DNA of 64,000 nucleotides. Origin: Diadema antillarum (taxonomy: Eukaryota). Location of the stretch: positions 62,001-126,000 of the forward strand of contig NW_027272421.1 in NCBI RefSeq assembly GCF_040938485.1. The letters are read 5' to 3'. This document shows positions 52,388 through 64,000 of this stretch, one piece after another; position 1 is the first letter of the stretch; the number at the start of each line of letters is the position of its first letter. The notes under the pieces were generated by a model. The model ran no database searches. It was not told the DNA's origin and saw only the letters and a program-made list of their open reading frames with translations. The position numbers and the translations under genes are program-made.

Positions 52388-54059
52388 AACGTCCTCTTCT
52401 TCTGCTGCTTGGCCTACCTGTCAGTCTGATCCTGTCTATGCTGTCCGTCTTGCTCTGATGAGCCCTATGGTCCAGAGTCCTAGGGTGTGTTTACTAACTG
52501 GCCAACCTGTGGATGTTTTCTTTGTTGTCAGCCAGCATCCGTATAGTGGCATGGTATGTTGGATAAGGGTTCTATAGGACCTTTACAAAGGAGATCCTGT
52601 TTTCAAATCTCGGCCAACGCGTACACCATTGGACAAGAAAAAAAAAAAAACACACACACACACGCATACACACACAAGCAAAACAAAAACAAGAACAGCT
52701 ATTCACTGTAATTCCTTCTATTCAAAGAGTATTTATAAATTCTAAATGAACAACTGGCAATGTACAGAACACTGAAAGGGCCTTGTGTGAGAATTCTACG
52801 CCAACACCGAAGAGGCTAAATTGGGTATTTATGGGAAGCTTGTCATTATCATGAGGTAGCCTTCCTTTTTCGTTCTAACTTCACCATCAACTGCCTTCGT
52901 AATAATATGACATGACTTAAAAAAATTATCTCAGAATTATATTATTATATCCATAGTTTACGCATTTCGGTATGTTGTTTCCTCATGGGAAGTAGGTAGC
53001 AGTTTACGGTGCCACGTGAATGGATCGGTCGGTAAACAACCAAAGTTCAATGAAATCAACAGCCATTGGAATGTAATTACGGACTTTTTGTCAACAAAGA
53101 GGGAACTGAATGAACGAGAATGTCACATTTTGACAAACAGCTGTGTTTGCAATTTCCTGCTTTTCAACGAGTCACAAACACAATCATATTGGAAGACGCT
53201 CCTGTGTTTGGCTGCCACCAGCGGCGACCCAATCGGAAGTACTTGGCACGTCTGGTCGGCTGGCTACACCATAGGCTACCCCTCGGGAGCTCGTATTTAT
53301 ATGAGCGGTCATGGGCATTCAATTCAACACGCCGTCCTGCTTGGATAGAGGGTAAGAAACGGTGATTAATTTAACACACCTCTCTGGGTACGGGTCGATA
53401 AATTGCCATGGTTTACTTCCAAGTTGAAAAACATTATGGACGGTCTAACGAGGGGGAAAATACCGTCATTGTGTGAAGAAATCTTTCATTCACTGCCAAT
53501 TGCCAATGAGTTTTGATACCAGTGCTTTCGACTCGGAGGGGGTAACAAGGGAAAATCGTAAACAGGATAGTTAGTCAGTTATTGTAGCTGAAATTTACTG
53601 GTCCAAATAATAAAACATGTAGGCCTAAGTGGCAACATCTCGATTATATTGGAAGCACAAATTATGAAACACAGTAATTTCTGGATGCTAATACTATATA
53701 TAGGACAGTTTGAGCTGAAATTTGACACGAGGAAATCTATATTAGGTAAACTGTCTACCAAATTTCAGCCTCCTTCAGACATTATTGTTAACCCCACCCC
53801 CTACCCCCCACCCCCACCCCCCAAAAAAAAAGATTAATTAAAAAAAAAACATTGTTACGGATTGGAAGGGACTGCAAGTTACGTGTATAGTAAATAGTAT
53901 TACTCATATTACTTGCATTCAAGATTTTAGACCCTATATATACGCCTCAATCAACATCCAGAAGACCAAATGAGTCTCGCGATGACAAATTTTACTATAC
54001 ATAACCTTAACATGGCTTGGCAATACAACAATCAGCACAATGCTGCTGCCGCTAATAAC

Positions 54060-54185
54060 GATTGTTATAATAATAAAAATAGGCCTATTAATCGTAGTAG
54101 TAGTAGGGCCTATTATAGCAGTAGTAGTAATAGCAATAGTACAATTAATAGTAATAGTAATAGTAACATAATAGTAATAGAAATA
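54060..54185. repeat. Cryptic (AGT/AAT)n trinucleotide repeat
   Basis: Directly visible degenerate triplets. Confidence 0.85.
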
Positions 54186-54526
54186 GAATTGTAACACTTG
54201 TAGTAATTTTATTATGATTTACATAAGAAGAATTAGATAATACAAATCTTATCTAGGGGTTACTCTGAAATGTTGAAAATAATCATAATGCAAACACAGT
54301 CTCTGGCTCTCTGCGCTTTGAGGAAAAAAAAAATCGTCCAGCGACAAGGGTGAAAAAAAAAATGTGTGATGGATCGCACCCCCTCTACGGCTTGTCTCGT
54401 AGTCACAGCCGCGATACTCTGAAATGTTGGAAATAAAATGCTTGAATCATACTGAAAGTTGCAATTCGTTTTCTTTCTATTCCCTTCTTGACTTTAATCA
54501 CTCTCCTTGGTACAGATGTAGCTATC

Positions 54527-54906
54527 TTAAAGGTCCACTTTACTTTTGGGAGCGGTGATTTGAAAAAAATTCAAGATATCATTACATTTGATGCATATGT
54601 GTAGGTCTGTTGTATTACAAAACATCCTACTTATAAAAGTTATATGACCTTTTCACTTTAAAGCCTAGAATATAAGGAGATATCAGTATTTTTCTTAATA
54701 AACCATAACTGTAGACGGTTTAGTCTGGAAACGTTTTTATCATAACTATTGTTCACATTTTATATACTTAACAATACTTAGCATCGATAATATAGATTCA
54801 ATTTTTTACAGTGGTTGTTTCTATCCCTAACTCACATTTTAGAACTATCTTAAAGCACTAATACTGGGTTTTTGTTTCATCTGCATATGGTAAATCATGC
54901 CTTTAA
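54527..54906 (+). mobile_element. TTAA/Kolobok-like family C copy 2
   Basis: TTAA|AGGT...GCCT|TTAA; colinear similarity to 44236-44628. Confidence 0.8.
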
Positions 54907-57900
54907 AATGACAAAAACGAGTAGATTTGCGCTATAAAAGCTGAGACCATAATGATTTTACATCCGCCATTAGTTATCATGATATATCAGAAAATTATGA
55001 CAGATTTTTTTTTTTTTTTCATTTTCAAGATGTTGGTTCATAAATCTCATTGATCCAGGATTGATGTACAATTCGTCTATTGCTCTTCCCTTCCATTTCT
55101 TTCTCTTTTGTTGTGATTTTTATCCAGAAAGTGTCAATGTTCTTTGCGTTGGATGTATTAACCGTATTTTCTGTTGTGTGCTTGATATGCAGCGTTTTGT
55201 ATGGCCATTTTGTATTTTTAATGTCGAAAAGTGTCGCGTATTTTTTGATGTATTTGGTTTTCCGAATTGCTTGTTACCGCAGACGAAGGTCCATACTGAT
55301 GAAAATAGTTCAGTCTGATTTCAGTATCACAGCTGGAGAGTGCCAATGTTGGAAACCAAATTAGCCTCAACCTTTATCTAAGTCGTGGGGGGGGGGAATC
55401 ATATTACATTGATTTTAAGCTAATGAATAATTCGTTAAATATATTCGCGAGAAAAAATAGGCAAAAGAGGAGCTCACTGAGACAATAATAAATTATAACA
55501 TCTTTATTGTTTAATATAGCATTATCATCTGAAACGGCGCCGATTATTTCACTATGTAACAATTTGTTGTAGCACACACAGATTAATTCATATTTTATTG
55601 ATATTTTGGAAAGTGAATTCATCTGCACTAATTGTTAATTCAAAGGGAGGTTGTCAGACAGTGAGGGCTTTTAAGAAGTGTAAACTAGTTCTTGACACAG
55701 CCCTTGATATTTTCCTTTGTTGCCAAAAGCAACATCCAGCAGACGCCTGAAGGATTTGCATGCGTATATGCATTTTTATCTCACAAACATGCTCATAATT
55801 TTTCGTGCAAATTATAGATTCTGGCCATGAGTTGAACGTCAAAAAATTTCATTCCAAAAACTCAGGGTTTATTCTGCTTGAATAAAAGATTAAAAGACAA
55901 AAATAGTGTAAAGGTTACGCCTACTATCTTTTGAAGTACTTCTGGGCAGAATCTTACCTTCAAACAGCCAAATATTTGCAATAAATATCGGGGTTTCTCC
56001 AAACTTATTGTTTGTCTCTAATATCCAACCGAAGGAATGTCGCCCTTGAGTGTTGCGGGGTTTGTCAGCGTAAATCAATGTCGATCTAATGGACAAGGAA
56101 CACTCCGGGCTTAATAAATTAGTTCCCATCAATGCGTTCCTCCTAGGTAAACAAATGGAAGCCCAAACTGTTCCATAATATTTGGAGTATCTTTTCACGT
56201 TATCTTCTAGGTCCGAACAAAGATGGTCCACTAATGTGGACCATCGTCCTTTTTTTCCCGCCCATTGGAACGGATCAGAACTACCGTGCACTTGACCGCC
56301 TGACTTTGCGGAGTCCCCGATGCATCGTCTGCGCTTTTACACACGAAGAAATTTATACTTTCGCTCTTTTTTACGCAGGTCTGCAAATTTTCTTTCTTAT
56401 CAGACTAATCACCCGACATAAAATAGAGGGAAATTCGGCTCCGGGTCAAAACATTTATACCATTTCTGTTAAACAAACATCCCCGCTTTAATGGATGGCC
56501 CATCAAATACATTTAATGCATCTGACTGTTTTCACATTAACTTCGCGGAATTCGACGGCAGAAAGTCCCGTCGATGTTGGTACAAAGCAAGAAGTGTCAG
56601 TCTCAAGTGGATAATTTTATTTTGAAAAATCGCTCTCACGATAACCCGTGAATACCCGGGACATCGTTTATGCCCAGATAATGGAAAGGACAATTAATGT
56701 GTCGGATTGAATAAATGCTCACCAAATAGTCAGGCAACTATTATACGCAGCTCACGCCCGTCGAAAACAGCATTGTTGCGTGACATGGCATGGCAAGGCG
56801 TACAGTCGGTTTGCTAACATGAATTTGCCTGTCTGGGACCTGGCGAGCATTTGATTTACGTGATGTGTGACGCTTAGGCTCCGTACGGTCTGCGTAGACG
56901 ACGAATTTAACGATAGTCCATTCTATTGTGGCGTTTATGCGTCGGCAAGAAAACGATATTACAGAACAGCTAGTGCGATAAAGTCGTTTCTAACCAATTC
57001 ATGTTTGATATCCACGACATTCTGAAGAGAAAGCAAGAAGTGGTTTTGTTCTTCAGTTTCTTTAATGATTTGGTGAGGTATTCAACAACTGTTACGAAAT
57101 GTCACGCACAAAAAAAGCGCTCTAAACAAGAAAAGAAATCGAATATTGACACTGATTTACATGGTACCCTATACATACAAAAGTTATATTTATTTCTCGA
57201 CAGTCCATCTACGTGCTCTTTCGGACAGATTTGACGAAATTTCTGATTCCATGAATACTACTATCTTCTTGAGAAGTTGGTTAACACGTAGGGCCAAAAG
57301 TAGACTAACTTCATAGACAAAGAGCAATACTAGTATTTGAAAATACAGTGCTCAGTAAAGGAATAAGAGCCTATATTTATCATGAACGAAAAGCAACGAG
57401 TGTCATGGAAGTAACTAAACTCTTACATTCTATTTTTCGTACGTCTTTCATTCATATATAGGCCTATAATACCTTACGTTTGCTCGTTGCTATTTGATAT
57501 AATATTCCGTCTTCCTGCATGTTGGTGATTCACATAGCATAATAAAAATAACGATTCATAGTTGTTTCAGAAACAAACTAGCTTTTTGATAAAATAAGGA
57601 GAAAATATAAATCTTGAATCCAACTTTGACCTCATGAAAATTGTCATATCTATCTTCTACAGCTTCATTTCGTTTGAAATAGTTGGAACTCCGACATGCA
57701 TTACAGAAATAAGAAATAGTGACAAAACCAAACACAGAAAAGATCCACAAAAATACATAAAGGATCCAACATACAATTCAACAGATCCACAGCAAAAATA
57801 AATAAAACGAACAAGTCACTGTACTCTATATAGGCAGGCCCTACTGGCGCCGCTAAACGACCGTATTTCTCAAATTTTGTCCCGGTGAATATATTTTCTA

Positions 57901-58186
57901 GGAGAAAAGAACAACACAGAAGTGGAGGCTGGGGTCTCAAGTCAACACGGTTGTAGAAAAAGTTGTAAACGTTTGCATCCCTTTTGCTGCATATAGGCCC
58001 ACATGAAATATTACAATTGCATTTTTCTCTTTTTTATCTCATCTCCCCTTTTTATGCATTATTTCTTTCTTCTATACCCTTCTTGACTTTAATAAAAGAA
58101 CAACAAATCAAATTGATGAAACCCGTCATATTTCTCGGCCCTCTGTAGTACTGGAATCAAAATTATGGATATTGGGGCTGGCCTAC

Positions 58187-58600
58187 AGGTCATGGGGTCA
58201 GATAACTTACTTATTATTCTAATTTCAGACCTTTCGATAGTTATCATATCGACAATAAAAAGCTTCATGGTTCCCACGGATTTATCCTGCAAATCCTCTC
58301 GATAAAACGACAATTATAACATCCAAGGGTCTTTTCTCAGTGCAAACGGCAGGTGGAACCTACAAACAACAAGGAATAAGAAAATCTAGAAAGTTTCACC
58401 CATTACAACAACGTACATGATTTTCATGTCTATCAGTGCAGACTAGGTTACGTAGTTGAGAAACGGTGGAAAAGTGTGTCCGCCGTACGTCGGTGACTGG
58501 TAGCTCGTTTACTTCAGTCGGTACGAAAAGTCAAAGGTCACGCACCCGGCTCTCCCCGCGCAACGCTCGGGCACGGCGCACGAAGAAGTAAGTATACGTG
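58187..58600 (+). promoter_or_regulatory. Nuclear-receptor response element cluster (DR2 and DR1-like) near a CpG-rich block with a splice donor
   Basis: AGGTCA-TG-GGGTCA (58187-58200), AAGTCA-A-AGGTCA (58528-58540) and GAA|GTAAGTAT at 58588. Confidence 0.35.
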
Positions 58601-61600
58601 CAACCCGCGAACATGGGTGTAAGATAGCGGAGGGATGATCACAAACGGTTTTCACATACCATGTTCTCTCAATTTCTCGGGACGAAATGTACAACCAAGC
58701 AGTCGCTGAGATAGAAGGATACTATGGCAATCTTGCGAGAAGACAAACAATCAATTCATGTACACATTTATGAAGTATTCGTTGAAACTGGATTGTATTG
58801 CAGGGCATGTAGCACAAGCTGCACAACCTATACTGCCAAGGATGTAGGTCCTATAACATGCCTGCCTCGTACTTTAATTTCAATAGGCATATTCATGATA
58901 TAATTGGATGTGTGAAATAAGAGGTGACTTTATATGCTAACGTACTGAACAATGACAAAACATGGCCCTATAGCAAGAAATCGTTAAAGTCTTAACGTCC
59001 AGGAAAAAGATCTATAGGTCTACCACTTCTGTCACGATAACCTACCTGCCAGCGTGGTTAACTATTCAAACAGCCAACTTATAGGCCTACCTCCTAAACG
59101 AATAATTTATAGACAAAGCCAGGTTGGTATCTTGACCTTATATCGTTTGTACTACAACTTGATTTAGCAGCCCGCCCATGCCATAGGTAAAATACCATCA
59201 GGGATAATCAGTTGAATTTCTAAGATTATACCGTATCAACATAACGGTTTATTAGAAGGAAACTGTTTGTTCCTCGGGGTATATTTTCATATAGGGCCTA
59301 AATGACGTGCACGCTTGATCACTATCTCATACTGATACATCAAGTCTTGTATACGAGTGATCACGACTTCTTGAAAGGCGACAAAAATCAGACGAATTAC
59401 AGTTACCTAACGATTGTTCAACTGAACAACTAGCCACAACTTGATTCCCAGCGAGAAGGCCTTTACATCAATAGAGAAGCCCATAAGTGTAAACAACGAT
59501 CACGTTGTCCATAAAGATGACAATATTCTGCTGAGAGAACATAACTTTTCACGTTGTTCCTTTATATCCCTATTAACGAAAAAAAAAGACACGTTCGAAA
59601 ACATTTAATTCATTCATAAAAAATAAAAAAATATATACCACAGCTTTGCAGAATCTTGATTCTTGCCTAAATATCATAAAATTCTTTTCTCCAAATTCTC
59701 CTCAAACAAAAGCTAATGTATACCACCACATTATAAGCCTCCAGCTTGGGTTGGGGAGAGCTGTGTAGAAAATCAGTGTACGGGGGAAAAATTATGTTAA
59801 TTGCTAAAGAAGCCCCCACTCCTTAACATCCCCCTGGCGTCAGTTCATGGTACTTTCTAATGTCCCAAGAAGAGAAAAAGAGAGAGTAAAAAAAAAGGCC
59901 AATGACACTTCGCCACAGTCAATTATCATTGCACCACTCGCTCGATCGAACGTGGCGTTGTACACTAACTATGAAATAGTCATTATGGGGTGCGGATGCT
60001 AGACCTTTTCCATTCGTTTCTTCTTCCAATTCCCCCCCCCCCCCCCCTCGAATAATTCTCTCCCTCATACACACAAACTTTTACCCTTATTCTTTTTATC
60101 TCCACTCTCCTCGTTCTCCTCCTTTCTTGTCGAGAGTTGTTGCCTCCGAAGACGCAATTTTCGAGAAAAAAAAAACGGTGCTGGGCGAAAATTGACAGGG
60201 GTGACAGTTGCCAATCAAACCCGATGCCCATTGTCTCCCTGGGACGGGTTGATGAGGCAAGCATTCGGGCAGGGGAGATGAGGGTACGGGGTGGTAATGA
60301 GAATATCACACGGCCAAACCCTCTCCCTCTCTCACTCTACGATCCCAGTTTCCTGGAGTGCCACCAATAGAGAGATTTTACAGCAAAATAAAAAGAAAAA
60401 TTATTCAGGTGTAAGAGAAAGAAAGTGGGGTAGAAACCATGATCAAGTTTTATGAATACAATACGGCCCATTACGGGGCTTGTCATGAAAAGTAACTTAT
60501 GCGCATTAGATGGCTGAATTCTACGTACTGCGAAATCGATGACGATGAATAATGAACATAAACCACCGCGTTCAATGCCCACAACAATAACAACAGGGCA
60601 ATCAGTAATAAAAGGTAAAACAAAATATCGGCCTACAAGCAGCAAACACGAAAGAAAAGTAGGCCGAAAGTCACACCTGGAAAGTTTCCGGTGTTGTATT
60701 TTGTAAAGCATTCTGAAGACCATTTTCGTCGCGTGATTAGGCCATGATCTCATCTTGCTAGAATATCCCGGTACTTTATAATTGGTACTGACATGCGCAA
60801 GCTTATCAGTTCTGTCCCGCGGCAATTTATCGATAAGTCATGCACACACACACACAGGCTCACAATAGACATGAGGGAATGTAATGTTTATCATATTCGC
60901 CTACAATATCATATAATTTCAGCGAAACAAACCATCCAAAATACAAACGAAAATACAAATACAAATATTGATGTAAGATATGACCGTTTATAAGAGTACA
61001 CACCATTTTTCTTTCTTTTTTCCAAAGGTTATGCCTATATTTTTCACAGCAACAAGATAAGGCATACTCTCAGAGATGCGTCACCCACAAGAAGTTTACG
61101 GTCACACAACCTGCTAGAGATGTCAAGAAGATTTTAATATTTAATTATTCTTTGTGTTTAAGCTGAAGGAGTGTGTAAAATTGTAAATTTTATTTTTCGT
61201 GGTATGAATACAGCACCTCTCGACGAGGCGGGTGAAAAAGTAGCACGATGGAGTAGGCCCTAACTGCGTTTCCAATCACCTACGTCTGAACTAAAAATGT
61301 TAGGTTTAGTTATCCCTTTGAATGACGCATGCCTTTCTGTTGGGTGAAATACTCACAAGAAGCTTGCAATCTCGGATAAAATGGTGGCAGATAAACACAT
61401 TTTAACCTTTGAAAAATCGACACGAAACAATAAGAGCCTACATCAAGCCTACAATGTTTGGGGGAAAACGAATGAAAGCAGGAATGCACAGCTCAGTGAT
61501 GTGTGCGAAGAATAGAAACTCGGCAGCTGCCATATAAGCTCCACAAAATTTCATTTCGAAGGTTTATCACCCACGTCTAGTGATGCAAAGTCTAGCCAAG

Positions 61601-64000
61601 ATAAAGCGCTCTGCACAGAGTCGGCAATTTGGTTTCCATCATAACAGAACTCGCGACTTTGGTGATGTTTCAACCCCTCGTCCTCATCCTCCACTCCACC
61701 CCACCCCCCCCCCCCTTCTCTCTCTTTCTTCCTCTCTCCCTCTCGTAACATATCTCCCCTTTTCTTCTTCGACTTGTGAGAGAAATTTGAGAAGGACACT
61801 TACGTGTTTTAGGTTTATAGGGGTCACCAGCCCTTCCACAGAGGTCACAAAACTCGCTTTCCTTGGCTACTGCCTATACCACTTGCCTGCCTGCATGCAT
61901 GCAAGGTACCCCGACAAGCGAGAGTGCAAAACGAGTCAGCACCAAAGAATGTGGAGCCGGTGATAATTTCCGTGAAAGTGGTTTTTAGCGAGGGGACTGT
62001 ATAATGTATATAGACTTCGAGGTTTTGGGACAAGATGTATTGTGGATGTACAGAGCAGTGGCGGTATGACAGGACAAAAATATATTTAGTCTGATTCACA
62101 AAGAGGGATGCCGAGTTAGACGAATACCGAGTAAATCAAATGGGTCAGTATAGCCATCTTTTGTTTCAGGTAAAATGGGGAGTGTCGTGCTATTATGAAA
62201 TACAAAACAAAACAAACCTCAAAAAGTACAAGTTTGTGATCAGCGTCACTGCCTATTTCCACTAATTCACCTGGACACTAACGTGAAACGCGACGCGTTG
62301 TAAGAAGTTAAAAGATATAGGCCTATATGCACCTTCAACCAGTTAGGTCCTCCCTCCCTCCCTGTTGCAAATGCAAAGTTTAAAGGCACATAAAGTTTGG
62401 TTCTTTTCGTATGCCTGTCCTCCTATGTCTTGTAATGATAACGTTTGAAATCGTTCCTCAGTCAGTATGTTGTCATAATATGTCTTGTTATCATAAAGAT
62501 GGAAGTTTGAAAGATGGTTGATATTGCTGTAGTTGGCTCCCATTTCCTGTAATAATGGATGTAAACAATAGCGCGTACTTTCTCATAAGCACGTTTTGAC
62601 TGCTCTTGACCAAACTTTTGCTTGGGTTTTTAACACACCGTTCGACAAAAAAAAAAACACCAAAAGAATAAATAAAGTTAGATTCACAATAATACGATAC
62701 AAGTCGTTGGCTGTAGGGCCTATAAGTCATCAGTACCCAAAGCAACATAACATTGTTGTAAATTAACAAAATTGACGTATATTCCCTACTAATCCATTAC
62801 ATTTAGTGATTGTTGTGTTCAACGCATGCAGCAGGTTATCTTCATTTCGATATGCAAATTTTCTCGGCCACAATCCCACGCCTAGAAGCCTTATTCGTTG
62901 TCGTCGTTTTACGGCAATTAACTACACGTACCACTGAACATCAAAAAGCGATGTTTGGCAATGAATTGTCCCAGGATTTGCTATATTCGTTATCGCCATT
63001 TCTGCTGTTAATCACACGCAGGCACTGCAATGCGACATGGTTGAGCGCTGTAAACCAACATGCATACATAGATCCGTCTCTATGCAGCTATACGCGTACT
63101 GACCTATACGCGACGGGAAATAGATGGGGCATCTCATCTTGACCTCCACGAGGTCACAGGTTACGACCTGGTAGTACATCTGTAGTTTGGTAATGAAGAG
63201 GACAGCCCTTCATTTCACGTACAACAACGACAACAACAGCAACAAGAGTGTCTGTCAAGTGTGGCATAAAATACAGAGTGAGGATTTTGCTCGGATAATG
63301 TCAATATGCTGCCATGGTCAACATAATACCGTCGAAGAAAAGTAATCGACCACCTGATGAGCATTTACTGTCAGGACCCCATTACTTCGACCTGAAGAAC
63401 AGAGAAATAAAAGTTCCATGCACATTGTTAGATGCATTTCGAAATGGGAACCTTAGCGATGATGAACACCCAAGAAAATTCACTCCCTATGGCTAGGCCA
63501 TAGTATAGTGTAGGCCTACATACACTGTACGTGATGATCATCATCGCATCATCGGCGAAAAAGCAGTAACGCGATTTTAGACAAAATGTGCTTGCTACCG
63601 TCTCATCGGAAATATATTGACTAGCCTGTTTTCTCTCTCAAGTCTAGATCTGTAAAGAGACAAAAATTCCATAACATTACACTCTCTGTCCTCTGCTTAT
63701 GATTAGACTTCTGCCCTTTATGCATTTGTTACTTCGTTACAAGTCGCTGTCAGGTGTGCTTCATATCTTACATACCAGGTTATTTTGCTATTTGATAAGA
63801 AACATTGTTGTCGCAGCTAAAACACACACTGACACACACAAACACACACACACACATCAGGGAGTGAGAGTCATACCTCTCTTTACACATACACACAAAC
63901 ACACACATGTACATACGAACACACATACACACACGCACATAAAAGGACGATAGTATTCCCTTCCAAATGAATGTAGGCCTACTACTCTAGACTATAGTGT

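Noticed and set aside
52454-52490. CTGATGA followed by a 6-bp stem (GCCCTA/TAGGGT), hammerhead-like
   Set aside because: The required GAAA after stem II is absent (GTGT instead).
52393-52600. LINE (RTE-like) 3' coding fragment on the minus strand
   Set aside because: Only an AGAAGAAG-type tail is suggestive; the translation shows no reverse-transcriptase motif.
56222-56245. Perfect 10-bp hairpin GATGGTCCAC-TAAT-GTGGACCATC
   Set aside because: About one such stem is expected by chance in 64 kb; no supporting context.
55890-56291. 133-aa minus-strand ORF with a GAAG|GTAAGA donor near 55957
   Set aside because: No codon bias or recognisable domain; ORFs of this length arise by chance. The same applies to 60337..60825 and 34677..35150.
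9138-62135. Window-wide enrichment of Pbx-Hox TGATTTAY sites
   Set aside because: The dozen-plus copies seen are about what the AT-rich composition predicts.
1-64000. CRISPR array, operon, phage or defence system
   Set aside because: The sequence is eukaryotic non-coding DNA with no repeat-spacer array and no long ORFs; the 115-bp and 15-bp arrays lack unique spacers.

Overview
This is eukaryotic, AT-rich, essentially non-coding animal DNA from a draft assembly with two N gaps (26681-26893, 28324-28473). The repeat types (TTAA-flanked AGGG...CCCT palindromic elements, recurrent TAGGCCTA) look like an echinoid (sea urchin) genome; that is inference, not proof. I recognise no protein-coding gene, intact transposase or reverse transcriptase, functional tRNA/rRNA, CRISPR array or prokaryotic system, and almost all ORFs in the track are chance or microsatellite artefacts. 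Well-supported content is a set of non-autonomous DNA transposons (at least three TTAA/Kolobok-like families, a mariner-like MITE, CWG-target Harbinger-like MITEs, a young TA-flanked MITE, a foldback-like element), SINE and retroposon-tail fragments, a ~115-bp tandem array and many microsatellites. Roughly 30 short GC/CpG-richer islands, about one per 2 kb, look like cis-regulatory modules or orphan exons of a developmental-gene regulatory landscape. Best leads: (1) a codon-biased orphan exon at ~17.8 kb; (2) over-represented TA-flanked palindromes TAGGCCTA/TACATGTA, possibly transposon excision footprints; (3) a tRNA-like core enclosed in inverted repeats at 34.4 kb; (4) a degenerate hammerhead-like motif at 28.75 kb; (5) a 15-bp-unit foldback element; (6) a TTTATGG homotypic cluster. 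All counts were made by hand.
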